From an uncultured Chloroflexia bacterium (lineage in GTDB: Bacteria > Chloroflexota > Limnocylindria > Limnocylindrales > CSP1-4), in assembly GCA_963728635.1 (NCBI GenBank), contig CAVSKR010000002.1, forward strand, positions 365,053 through 429,052: a DNA stretch of 64,000 nt, read 5' to 3'. Below the pieces are notes generated by a model. It searched no databases. It had not been told where the DNA came from and saw nothing but the letters and a program-made list of their open reading frames with translations. The number at the start of each line of letters is the position of its first letter. The stretch's first letter is position 1. The position numbers were made by a program, and so were the translations under genes. This document shows positions 11,596-20,835 of the stretch, piece by piece.

Positions 11596-11954
11596 CCGGT
11601 CGTCGGGTCGACAAGCCGTGGGGTCACGAGCTCATATGGGCGCACACCGATCGCTACGTCGGGAAGCTCCTCGTCATCGAGGCCGGCAGGCGCCTGTCGC
11701 TCCAGCGCCACGAGATCAAGGACGAATCGATCCTGGTCCACGCCGGCCGCCTCCGGTTGTACCTGGAGGACGACGATGGGACCGTCCAGGTGCACGACCT
11801 GGGGGCCGGCGAGTCCCGCCGCATCCCGACGGGCCGGATCCATCGCTTCGAGGCAATCGAGCGATGCGAGCTGATCGAGGTCTCCACACCCGAGCTGGAC
11901 GACGTCATCCGGCTCGAGGACGACTTCGGCCGGGAGGGGACGAACGCGCCCTGA
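11592..11954 (+). CDS. Stand-alone cupin (type II phosphomannose isomerase C-terminal-like)
   Basis: RVDKPWGHE, LSLQRHEIKDE, IHRFEA, EVSTPELDD; GTGA overlap with mutase gene. Confidence 0.85.
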   Translation: MTGRRVDKPWGHELIWAHTDRYVGKLLVIEAGRRLSLQRHEIKDESILVHAGRLRLYLEDDDGTVQVHDLGAGESRRIPTGRIHRFEAIERCELIEVSTPELDDVIRLEDDFGREGTNAP

Positions 11955-12089
11955 CCGAGAGGACGATTCGGGGGTGACCTGGATGGGTCGGCGGTGTAGG
12001 CTTCAGGGACGCGACCGCCATCACCGGTCGAAGGTGCAGACCGGACGGCGGCCTCGAGAGCGCCCATGTGGCGACGGAGGATGCACGAG

Positions 12090-12368
12090 ATGCACAGTTC
12101 CCTGATCGGCAAGGTCGAGAAGGCGAATCGTTACGCGCGAGAGCTCGATCGGATGACCATCGATCGTCTCTCGCTGACGTTCCGCGGTGACAACGACACG
12201 CACCATGTCGCCCTCGAAGCCGGTCAGTGGCGTTGCACCTGCCACTACTTCGAGAGTTGGGGATCGTGTGTCCATCTCCTGACCCTGCAGAAGGTCCTCG
12301 GGGTGATGCTGCCCGAAGACGCCCAGGTCTCGATCTTCGCCGCCGGACAGCCCGTCACCTCGACCTAG
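12090..12368 (+). CDS. Small SWIM zinc-finger protein
   Basis: MHSSLIGKVEKANRYARE; CTCHYFESWGSCVH fits CxC-x-CxH; GGAGG 9 nt before ATG 12090. Confidence 0.8.
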   Translation: MHSSLIGKVEKANRYARELDRMTIDRLSLTFRGDNDTHHVALEAGQWRCTCHYFESWGSCVHLLTLQKVLGVMLPEDAQVSIFAAGQPVTST

Positions 12369-12497
12369 CGCATGTCGCCGGACGCCCTCCGCGGGCGTTG
12401 CCGGCTCCGCTCCCTCGCTCACGCACGTCGGAGTGCGCTCGCTCGGGTGCTCGCCGCCGCCTTCGCCCGAGACGTCCTGCGACATGCGGTAGGACCC

Positions 12498-13016
12498 TCA
12501 GGTGACCTCGAGCCGCCAGAAGTAGCTCGCGTCGCCGACGCCCCCCTCGAACACCACGTGGACCTCGGCGGTCCACGAGCCGGCCGCGGGCGCACCGAAC
12601 GCAGGAGCGCCCGTGCCCTCGCCGAGGATGGTGGCGCCCGCAGGACCGTCCGCGTCCGCCGAGACCGCTCGGGCCCGCCACGTCGCCACCCCGATCGGCG
12701 ATCCGAACGAGACGGCCAACGGCTCTCCGGCTCCAACGGCGATCGGCGCCCCGGGGAGCCACGGACTGTCGGACCCGCCATCGCCCCACGCGAATGTCCC
12801 AAGCTGGCCCGTGACCGGGTCGCCGCCTTCGGCCGCGAGCAGTCCGGCCGGCGGGCCGTCACCGGGCGCGGTGGGGACAGCCGCGGTCGGGACGACCGCA
12901 GTCGAGACGGCCGCTGTCGCAAGCGCGGGTGAAGTCCTGGGGGGAGATGCCGTGGCGCCTGACGAGCAACCGGCCACGACGAGGACCATGAGCAGGAGGG
13001 CCTGGCAGCGCGGCAT
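12498..13016 (-). CDS. Hypothetical lipoprotein
   Basis: Hydrophobic leader with VAGC lipobox; GGAG before ATG 13016. Confidence 0.7.
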   Translation of the reverse strand: MPRCQALLLMVLVVAGCSSGATASPPRTSPALATAAVSTAVVPTAAVPTAPGDGPPAGLLAAEGGDPVTGQLGTFAWGDGGSDSPWLPGAPIAVGAGEPLAVSFGSPIGVATWRARAVSADADGPAGATILGEGTGAPAFGAPAAGSWTAEVHVVFEGGVGDASYFWRLEVT

Positions 13017-13039
13017 CGTGAGTCTCCGTCTACTGTCGA

Positions 13040-14074
13040 TCAAGGGAGCGGGCATCGCCAGGTGCACGGCGCGACCGTGACGCGGATCGTCGCGCTCGGG
13101 TCGCCGCGGAGGCCTTCGTCGGTCGGCGTCGGGAAGAAGGCACGGTATTCGGCGGTGCCATGCAGGCGAAGGCTCGCCTGGTAGGTGCCTGTCGTCGCCG
13201 ACGACGTGAGCATCACCAGATTCGACCAGGTCGACGAGCCGACCGCGCGCGTCTGAAGGCGAACGAGGCGGTTGCCGATCGGGTTCGCGCTCAACCGGCC
13301 GTACGCCGTGCTCGTCGCGATCTTCAGGGAGGCAGTGAAGTCGACGAGTGCGCCGTACGTGACCGACGTGCCACTGACGCCGAGCGTCAGGACGGTCGCC
13401 AGATCGAGGCAGGGTGAGTACGGCGACGACAGGGTCGGGACGTCGTACCGGATCTGGAGCGTGGCGGTATCGCAGACGCCATAGGCGTGCATGTTCCAGC
13501 CGGCCTTCGGGCGGGTCCGGGAGAAGGTCTGCACGACGGCATCGGTGTAATCGCTCTCGTCGGCGAAGTTCACATGGTGATTGAGGATCTCGACGTGCCC
13601 GAACTCATCGAGGGCGATCGTCTCGGCGTCGTAGCAGCCGTTCGTGGGCGTCGACTGCATCTGGCACCAGCGCAGGGTCCCCCAGTCGAACGGACGGCCG
13701 TGCTCTCTGAGCCACATCGTGAACCCGGTCGGGGCGGTCCGCGTGAAGCAGCCGATCCCGTTGACGCCGCACGTCCCGGTGCCGTAGCCGATGAGGTTCG
13801 AGCCGGCGGAGTCATAGACGAAGGTGGCCGCCCGTGATGCACGGGTCGTGTTGCTAGCGTCGGCGGCGGCCCGGATCGCGGTCTTGATCGCGGTGGGTGG
13901 CTCCGAGCCGGACCGCCACCGGAAGGTCAGCCGCTGATCCTGGCCGAAGAGGCCGCCCGACAGGCTCGGGTCTGGCGCGTGGGCGGCGGTCGGTGCGGCG
14001 CTGCCGAGCGCGATCAACAGCGCGATCAGGCTCGCGGTCGCGGGGATGGATGGGCGGCGGTGCTGCTCGATCAT
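13040..14074 (-). CDS. Secreted metzincin-like protein with atypical DEFGHxxxLNH motif and C-terminal beta-sandwich
   Basis: Signal peptide; TIALDEFGHVEILNHH; four Cys in the core; ATGA overlap with upstream gene. Confidence 0.7.
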   Translation of the reverse strand: MIEQHRRPSIPATASLIALLIALGSAAPTAAHAPDPSLSGGLFGQDQRLTFRWRSGSEPPTAIKTAIRAAADASNTTRASRAATFVYDSAGSNLIGYGTGTCGVNGIGCFTRTAPTGFTMWLREHGRPFDWGTLRWCQMQSTPTNGCYDAETIALDEFGHVEILNHHVNFADESDYTDAVVQTFSRTRPKAGWNMHAYGVCDTATLQIRYDVPTLSSPYSPCLDLATVLTLGVSGTSVTYGALVDFTASLKIATSTAYGRLSANPIGNRLVRLQTRAVGSSTWSNLVMLTSSATTGTYQASLRLHGTAEYRAFFPTPTDEGLRGDPSATIRVTVAPCTWRCPLP

Positions 14075-15198
14075 CGGAGCACCTCGTCGACCGGGACGGT
14101 CCGTCCGTCCGTGACGTGGCGGAGGAAAACGCGGTCGGCCCCGTCGATTGGCAACCTGCCGTCTGGCCCGAACGGCACCCAGTCCGGAGCATGCTCGAGG
14201 GCCCCGCCGGACCAAGCGGCACGGCCGACCAGCCTGCGGCCGTCGTCCGGGACCGCCAGCGCCCGCGGGTCACCCCCATCAGGCGCGACCGCGCGGAGGA
14301 CGCGACCGTCCGCACCGACCTCGTGGATGACGGCCGTTCGTCCGCTCGCGTCTCGCCCCATCACGGCCAGCCCCGACTCGTGGTGGAGGATCAACGGCGC
14401 ACCGCCATCCGGGTGGATCGACAGGAGCGGACACGGCAGCCCGCGGCACGCGCGGTGGGCGACCAGCCGGCCGTCGGCGAATCCGACGAGGTCGCCCAAT
14501 GACGGGTCGGCGACGGCCTGCCGTTCACCGGTGCCTTCGTCCAGCAGGCGGAAGCGACATGCCACCTCGCCGCAGGACTCGACGATCAGGGTCCGGCCGT
14601 CCTCCGACCACGCCAGCTCGGACCGCCAGGTCGGGCCGAAGCGCCGGTCCGGATCGATCGGAGGGAGGATGCGTGCCACAGGGCCGCGGTCGAGCGGCCT
14701 GCGCCACACGCCGAGGTCCTCCCGGGTTCGCCGATCCACCCGGACTTCCGCGATCGATCGCCCGTCCGGGCTCAGCCGTGCGTGCCGGACGACGTCGTCC
14801 GAGGTGGCGAGAGACCAGCGGCACGCGCCGGCCAGATCGAGGAGCGACAGCGTCGACGTTCGACCGTCGTCGGTGCCGACCAGGACCGTCCCGCCCTGAG
14901 GTCCGCTCGCGAACGACTCGGCGTGGAGGTCGATCCTGAAGGGTCGGTCGAGACCGGTTCGTCCGAGGATCAGGCGCTGGCCCGCCCAGACGCCATCTGT
15001 GAGGAGCGGGTCGATCCTGTACCACGCGCCGATGGGTTCCGAACCAGGTCCTGGTGGACCCGCGCACGGCGGCGGGTCCCAGGGTGGTGGGGGAGTACCG
15101 GTCGTGGTCGATGCGATCACGGCCAACGCCCCGATCGCGGCGATCCCCGGCCCGGCTCGACGGAACCAACGTGCCTCCAGCATCTCGAGGGCCTCCAC
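14071..15198 (-). CDS. Exported hypothetical protein, probable beta-propeller
   Basis: N-terminal hydrophobic segment; propeller-like RLSPDGRSI and LAWSEDGRTL repeats. Confidence 0.65.
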   Translation of the reverse strand: MEALEMLEARWFRRAGPGIAAIGALAVIASTTTGTPPPPWDPPPCAGPPGPGSEPIGAWYRIDPLLTDGVWAGQRLILGRTGLDRPFRIDLHAESFASGPQGGTVLVGTDDGRTSTLSLLDLAGACRWSLATSDDVVRHARLSPDGRSIAEVRVDRRTREDLGVWRRPLDRGPVARILPPIDPDRRFGPTWRSELAWSEDGRTLIVESCGEVACRFRLLDEGTGERQAVADPSLGDLVGFADGRLVAHRACRGLPCPLLSIHPDGGAPLILHHESGLAVMGRDASGRTAVIHEVGADGRVLRAVAPDGGDPRALAVPDDGRRLVGRAAWSGGALEHAPDWVPFGPDGRLPIDGADRVFLRHVTDGRTVPVDEVLR

Positions 15199-15320
15199 CA
15201 GCGGGCAGGGATGCGGGCGGGGGAGGGCGAGGTGGGCATGGTAGGGATGGGCGCTTCACCGCCAGTTATCTGGGACGTGCGGGCCCATGTGCTAACCTCG
15301 CGGCGACGTTCTCGTCGAAC

Positions 15321-15456
15321 GCCGCGTGGTCGCGAAGCCGGTGTAATTCCGGCACAGTCCCGCTACGGTGAACCGCCCTCGGGCGGAAGTCCGGTCGCCG
15401 ACCCCGCGGTGCATGCTCGAACCTTCGAGAGAAAGGTAGGCAGGACCGTGCACCGC
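15321..15456 (+). ncRNA. Cobalamin riboswitch (compact)
   Basis: GAAGCCGGTGTAATTCCGGCACAGTCCCGCTACGGTGAA core; closing helix CCGCG/CGCGG; P13-like stem 15406-15415/15447-15456; upstream of btuFCD-cob genes. Confidence 0.9.
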
Positions 15457-15465
15457 ATCACCTGA
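15448..15465 (+). CDS. Putative 5-codon leader ORF (MHRIT)
   Basis: GTG CAC CGC ATC ACC TGA preceded by GAAAGGTAGGCAGGA purine-rich SD-like tract. Confidence 0.5.
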   Translation: MHRIT

Positions 15466-15498
15466 CCCCTCCTTCGACCTGCTCGAAGAGAGGGGTTT
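15466..15498 (+). terminator. Terminator/attenuator-like hairpin in riboswitch leader
   Basis: CCCCTC-CTTCGA/TCGAAG-A-GAGGGG stem followed by TTT. Confidence 0.55.
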
Positions 15499-15554
15499 CG
15501 CGCGCCTGACGCGCGACCCCTCCGGTGTCCAGCCCGAAACCCGGAGGTCCGTCG

Positions 15555-16574
15555 ATGCCGACCCAGGACCGACGCCGACGCGTCGTCCTTGCCCTGATCC
15601 TGTCCGCCGTGGTCGCCGCCTGCTCGGCGCCCGGGGCGACCACGACGCCGACCCAGTCGCCTCCTGCCGCTTCGCCGTCGGCCACGCTGGCCGCGCCGCC
15701 GTCGCCGACGCCGGCGGCGGCCTTCCCGGTGACCGTCACCGATGACGAGGGCACAGCCGTCGAGATCGCCGCCGAGCCCGAGAGGATCATCTCGCTGACC
15801 CCGGCGAACACCGAGATCCTGTTCGCGATCGGCGCCGGGGATCGCGTGATCGCAACCGACGATGGCAGCGACCACCCGGAAGCGGCGGTGGCGTTACCGG
15901 ACGTCGCGACGTTCTCGACCGTCGACGTCGAGAAGGTCGTCGCCCTCGAGCCGGACCTGATCGTGGCCGGTGGGCTCGGCTTCACCCCGGCCGACGCGAT
16001 CACCCGGTTGCGGGGCCTCGCCGTCCCGGTGCTCGTCGTGTACGCCACGTCGGTCGAGGCGGTCTACGACGACATCGAGCTGATCGGGACCGCGACCGGC
16101 ACGAGCGACGAGGCGACGACCGTGACGGCCCGGATGCGCGCAGAGATCGACGCGATCAGCGCCGCCGCCGCAGGTGCGGGGACGAGGCCGCGCGTGCTCT
16201 ATGAGGTCGGCTACGACGACACGACCGGTGCGATCTATGCGCCCGCGGAAGCGTCGTTCGTCGCCGAGATGGTGACGCTCGCCGGCGCCGAGACGATCAC
16301 GACGGGCGATCCCAACACCTACGAGATGTCGCTGGAGACGTTGATCGCCAGGGACCCGCAGATCATCGTGCTGGGCACCAATCCGTTCTACGCACCGACG
16401 CCGGACGGGGTCGCGAAGCGACCTGGCTGGGACGCGATGTCGGCCGTCCGCAACGGTGACGTCCGGACGGTCCGGGACATCGAGATCACCCGTCCGGGAC
16501 CGCGCCTGCCGCTCGGGCTGCGAAACCTGGTCGCTGCCATTTGGCCCGACCTGACTTTGCCGGCAGCGTCGTAG
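15555..16574 (+). CDS. btuF: Corrinoid ABC substrate-binding lipoprotein
   Basis: VAAC lipobox, PERIISLTPANTEILFAIG, EKVVALEPDL, RPGPR; under B12 riboswitch. Confidence 0.9.
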   Translation: MPTQDRRRRVVLALILSAVVAACSAPGATTTPTQSPPAASPSATLAAPPSPTPAAAFPVTVTDDEGTAVEIAAEPERIISLTPANTEILFAIGAGDRVIATDDGSDHPEAAVALPDVATFSTVDVEKVVALEPDLIVAGGLGFTPADAITRLRGLAVPVLVVYATSVEAVYDDIELIGTATGTSDEATTVTARMRAEIDAISAAAAGAGTRPRVLYEVGYDDTTGAIYAPAEASFVAEMVTLAGAETITTGDPNTYEMSLETLIARDPQIIVLGTNPFYAPTPDGVAKRPGWDAMSAVRNGDVRTVRDIEITRPGPRLPLGLRNLVAAIWPDLTLPAAS

Positions 16575-16582
16575 ACATCGAC

Positions 16583-17659
16583 GTGTCGGCCGGAGCACTG
16601 TCTCGCGACCTTGACTCGAGCGGATACGCCGCATGGGTCCGGTCTCGGCCGCTCGCCGTCGGGCTCGTCGCAGGCGGCTCCCTCGTCGCGATCCTCGTCC
16701 TCGGCGTCGGTCTCGGCTCGGTCAGCATCGGACCGAGCGAGGTGGTGGCCGTGATCGTGTCGAAGACGCTCGGCCTCGACATCGGGGTCACCTGGTCGCC
16801 GGCCACCGAGGCGATCGTCTGGGAGCTGCGGCTGCCGCGCGTCCTGACGTCGATGGTGATCGGCTGTGCTCTCGCGATCGCCGGTGCGACCTTCCAGGGT
16901 CTGCTGCGCAATCCCCTGGCCGATCCATACGTGCTCGGGACCGCGTCGGGGGCCGCCCTCGGCGCGTCGATCGCCGTGCTGCTGCCGATCCAGCTCATGG
17001 TCATCGAATTCGGCCTGCTGCACGGCTTCGCCTTCGCCGGTGCGCTGCTCTCCGCGTGGCTGGTCTTCCGGCTCGGGGGGACCGGCGGCCCCGGAGGGCT
17101 CACCCGCCTGCTGCTCACCGGCTACGCGGTCGGCTCCGTGCTGGCGGCCATGCTGACGATGGCGATGTACGTCTCGGGCGTCGAACTGCGGCAGATCTTC
17201 TCGTTCCTGCTCGGGGGTCTCGGCGGCGCGTCGTGGGTGCGCCTGCTCGTTGCCGCGCCCCTGATCTTCGGTGCGTCCGCTCTGATCATCGCGCGCGGTC
17301 GGACCCTCGACGCCCTGCTCCTCGGAGACGCTGCCGCCCGACATCTCGGGGTCGATGTCGGCCGTGAGCGGGGGATCCTCCTCGCGCTCGCATCGATGGC
17401 GACGGCGGCGGCCGTGGCGATCAGCGGTCTGATCGGGTTTGCCGGGCTCGTCGTCCCTCACCTCGTCCGCTTGCTCGTCGGGCCGTCCGCGAGGCGTGTC
17501 CTGCCCATCTCAGCGGTCGTGGGGGCGGCGCTCGTGTCGGCCGCGGACCTTGCCGCACGACTGGCGGGTGACGTCCCGGTGGGGGTGGTGATGGCACTGC
17601 TGGGCGCGCCGTTCTTCCTGTTCCTGTTGCAGCGCACGCGTTCGGGTTACCAGCTGTGA
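16583..17659 (+). CDS. btuC: Corrinoid ABC permease (FecCD family)
   Basis: LRLPRVL, FQGLLRNPLADPYVLG, GLIGFAGLVVPH. Confidence 0.9.
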   Translation: MSAGALSRDLDSSGYAAWVRSRPLAVGLVAGGSLVAILVLGVGLGSVSIGPSEVVAVIVSKTLGLDIGVTWSPATEAIVWELRLPRVLTSMVIGCALAIAGATFQGLLRNPLADPYVLGTASGAALGASIAVLLPIQLMVIEFGLLHGFAFAGALLSAWLVFRLGGTGGPGGLTRLLLTGYAVGSVLAAMLTMAMYVSGVELRQIFSFLLGGLGGASWVRLLVAAPLIFGASALIIARGRTLDALLLGDAAARHLGVDVGRERGILLALASMATAAAVAISGLIGFAGLVVPHLVRLLVGPSARRVLPISAVVGAALVSAADLAARLAGDVPVGVVMALLGAPFFLFLLQRTRSGYQL

Positions 17660-18423
17660 CGGGGGACATCCCGTTCCTTGCGGCGTCCGACGTCACGATC
17701 ACGTACGGCGAGCGGACCGTGGTCGACGGGGCGACGTTGGCGATCGGTCGAGGGGAGCGGGTGGCACTCGTCGGGCCGAACGGGGCCGGCAAGTCGACCC
17801 TGCTCCGGGCGATGACCGGCGTCCTGGTGCCGCGAAGTGGGTCGGTCAGCATCGACGGCGAGACGATCGAGCACGTCGGGCGCGCCGCCCTTGCCCGGAC
17901 GATCGCCGTCGTCCCCGAAGTCGCGGACCTCCCGTTCGCCATGCCGGTTCACGAGGTCGTGGCCCTGGGACGCCTGCCGCATGACCCGCCGTTCACGGGC
18001 CTTCGCAACAGTGACGTCCGTGCGATCGACCGCGCGATCGAGCGCGTGGGGATCGCGCACCTTCGCGCGCGCGACGTCCGCGAGCTGTCGATGGGCGAGC
18101 GGCAGCTCGTCTTCATCGCCGTGGCGCTGGCCCAGGCGGCCCCGATCCTCGTGGTGGATGAGCCGACCGCGCACCTCGACATCCGTCACCAGGTCGAGGT
18201 GATGCAGCTGCTCGTCGAGCTCAACGATCGGGACGGGGCGACCATCGTCGCGGTGCTCCACGACCTCGCCCTCGCCGCCCATTTCTTCCCCCGCGTCGTC
18301 GTCCTGGACAGCGGGCGGATCGTGGCGGACGGGCCGCCGGCCACGACCCTGGACCCGGCCACGATCCGCACGGTCTTCAAGGTCGATCCGGCGCTCGTCC
18401 GCTTGCCTGTGGCGGCAGGCTGA
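17656..18423 (+). CDS. btuD: Corrinoid ABC ATP-binding protein
   Basis: GPNGAGKST, LSMGERQ, DEPTAHLD, VLHDL. Confidence 0.9.
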   Translation: MTGDIPFLAASDVTITYGERTVVDGATLAIGRGERVALVGPNGAGKSTLLRAMTGVLVPRSGSVSIDGETIEHVGRAALARTIAVVPEVADLPFAMPVHEVVALGRLPHDPPFTGLRNSDVRAIDRAIERVGIAHLRARDVRELSMGERQLVFIAVALAQAAPILVVDEPTAHLDIRHQVEVMQLLVELNDRDGATIVAVLHDLALAAHFFPRVVVLDSGRIVADGPPATTLDPATIRTVFKVDPALVRLPVAAG

Positions 18424-18425
18424 CG

Positions 18426-19178
18426 ATGGAGACGATGCGCGATGCGATCGGCCTCCTGACCCGCCTGCCGGTCGCGGTGGCGAGCACGGATCGGCCCGGG
18501 GCGGCGGCATTCGCGGTCGTCGGGGCGGTCGTCGGCGCGGTCGCGGCCGTCCCGCTCGGCCTCCTCGGTGGACTGGCCGGCGAGCCGGTCCTCGGGGCGA
18601 TCGCGACGATCGCGACCCTGGCGATCGTCACCGGCGCCCTGCATCTCGACGGCCTCGCAGACACGGCAGACGCGCTGCTGGCCCGCGACTCCGTGGCGGC
18701 CGAGCGGGCGCGAACGGATCCCCACATCGGCACCGGCGGGGCCATCGCGCTGATGCTGGCGATCGGCGCCGAGATCGCCGCGCTGGCGAGCATCGTCGGC
18801 GTCGCTGGGGTCGTGTTCACAGGATCTGCCTTCGTCGCGGTCACGGCGCTCTCGCGCGTGGTCCCCGTCATCGCCGTGCAGACGTCGGTCGCGCGATCAC
18901 CTTCGCCTGGGCTCGGTTCGTGGTTCGGTGCGAGCATCTCGCGCACGGACGCGGTCGTGGCGGCCGGGTCGGCGGCCCTGGTGCTCGCCATTGCGATGGT
19001 GGTCTCGGGCGCCGGCTGGACCCTGCTCGTCGCGGCCCTGCTCGAGCTCGCCATCGGTCTCGTGGCGGTCGCCGCGATCGTCCGCGCGCGCGGGAGCCTG
19101 GACGGTGACGGGATGGGCGCGACGATCGAAGTTTCGATGATCGCGGGCCTGGTCGCCGTCTCGGTGGTCGCGGCCTGA
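18426..19178 (+). CDS. cobS: Adenosylcobinamide-GDP ribazoletransferase
   Basis: LLTRLP, GALHLDGLADTAD, GSLDGDGMGA; multi-TM. Confidence 0.92.
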   Translation: METMRDAIGLLTRLPVAVASTDRPGAAAFAVVGAVVGAVAAVPLGLLGGLAGEPVLGAIATIATLAIVTGALHLDGLADTADALLARDSVAAERARTDPHIGTGGAIALMLAIGAEIAALASIVGVAGVVFTGSAFVAVTALSRVVPVIAVQTSVARSPSPGLGSWFGASISRTDAVVAAGSAALVLAIAMVVSGAGWTLLVAALLELAIGLVAVAAIVRARGSLDGDGMGATIEVSMIAGLVAVSVVAA

Positions 19179-19182
19179 GCTC

Positions 19183-19722
19183 ATGGCGACACCCTTGATC
19201 CTGGCGCTCGGCGGGACCCGCAGCGGCAAGAGCCGCTTCGGTCTCGCGACGACCCGACGGCTGGCGGGTGAGGGGCGCGCCTGGTTCCTCGGGACGGCGT
19301 GGAGTGGCGACCCTGAGCTCGACGACCGCATCCGGCGCCATCGTCTCGAGCGACCGGCGGATTGGCCCACGGTCGATGTCGGCGGCGACCTCGCGGCGGC
19401 GATCGGCTCAACGGCTCCTGCCGAGCCGATCCTCCTCGACGGCCTGACCCTGTGGCTCAGCAGATTGCTCGGTGACGACGTCCCGGCGATCGATCCGATC
19501 CTCGACGGGCCGGTCGCGGCCGCCGTCGCCGCTCTGGCGGCACGACCGGGACCTGCCATCGTCGTGAGCGACGAGGTCGGTCTTGGCATCGTCCCGATGC
19601 ACCCGAATGCGCGCGCGTACCGCGACCTCGTCGGGATCGCCCACCAGCGCCTGGCAGCGATAGCCGACGAGGTCTACCTGTTCGTCGCGGGTCTGCCGGT
19701 CACCTTGAAGGGACCGCGATGA
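19183..19722 (+). CDS. cobU: Adenosylcobinamide kinase / guanylyltransferase
   Basis: GGTRSGKS, RIRRHR, LDGLTLW, VSDEVGLGIVP. Confidence 0.93.
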   Translation: MATPLILALGGTRSGKSRFGLATTRRLAGEGRAWFLGTAWSGDPELDDRIRRHRLERPADWPTVDVGGDLAAAIGSTAPAEPILLDGLTLWLSRLLGDDVPAIDPILDGPVAAAVAALAARPGPAIVVSDEVGLGIVPMHPNARAYRDLVGIAHQRLAAIADEVYLFVAGLPVTLKGPR

Positions 19723-20835
19723 ACGCGGACGAGACTGCGCTTCGGGCGGGCATCGATGCCGTCGCAGCGCTGGGCCCGCTGGATCCGGTTGCGATGGCGG
19801 ACGCCGCGGCGATCCTCGGCGCATTGACGAAGCCGCCGGGAAGCCTCGGACGGCTCGAAGTCCTGGCCGTCCAGCTCGCCGGGATCACCTCCAGCCTTCG
19901 ACCGACCCTCCGATCGCGCGCGATCGTCGTGGCAGCAGCCGATCACGGGGTCGCCCGGCAGGGCGTGTCGGCCTATCCGGCCGAGGTGACGGCCCAGATG
20001 GTCGGGAACTTCCTGACCGGCGGTGCCGCGATCAACACGCTCGCGGCGCTGGTCGGCGCGAGCGTCACCGTGATCGACGTCGGCGTGGCTGGGTCCATCC
20101 CCGGCGCCCGCCAGGGTGGCCATGGCGCACGTCTCATCGGTGCACGCGTCCGTCCGGGCACGGCCGACATGACCGTCGCCGCGGCGATGTCACGCGCGGA
20201 TGCGCTTCGCGCGGTCGCTGTCGGCCTCGCCGCGAGTCGATCGCTTGGCGCGACCGGCGTAGACCTCATCGCGGTGGGCGAGATGGGCATCGGCAACACG
20301 ACCGCCGCCAGCGCGATCACGGCCGCGATGACCGATCTCCCCCCGGGGCGCGTCACCGGCCGTGGGACGGGGATCGATGACGAAACGCACGAGCATAAGG
20401 TCGAAATCGTCGCCCGAGCGCTGGACCGGCATCGCCCCGACGCCGCGGATCCGATCGGTGTCCTCGCCGCCGTCGGCGGGCTCGAGATCGGCGCGTTGGT
20501 CGGGATGATGATCGGCGGCGACCGCAAATCGGATCCCGGTGGTCCTCGACGGCTTCATCACGGGCGCGGCGGCACTCCTCGCCGCGGGTCTCGCTCCGTC
20601 GATCAGCGCCCGCCTGATCGCCGGCCATCGCAGCGTGGAGCCGGGGCACGCGATCGTCCTGGAGCGACTCGGCCTGCGGCCGCTGCTCGAGCTCGACCTT
20701 CGGTTGGGGGAGGGGACGGGCGCCGCTCTCGCGATCACCGTCATCGACGCGGCGATCGCCCTGCGCGACGGCATGGCGACGTTCGAATCCGCCCGAGTCT
20801 CAGGACCCGTCGAACCGATCACGCCCGACCGGTGA
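19719..20835 (+). CDS. cobT: Nicotinate-nucleotide dimethylbenzimidazole phosphoribosyltransferase (frameshift near 20520)
   Basis: LTKPPGSLGRLE, AADHGV, GEMGIGNTT, then second frame VVLDGFI...LRLGEGTGA. Confidence 0.9.

Noticed and set aside
20776-20800. tRNA T-arm-like GTTCGAATCC
   Set aside because: Inside cobT coding sequence; no cloverleaf around it.
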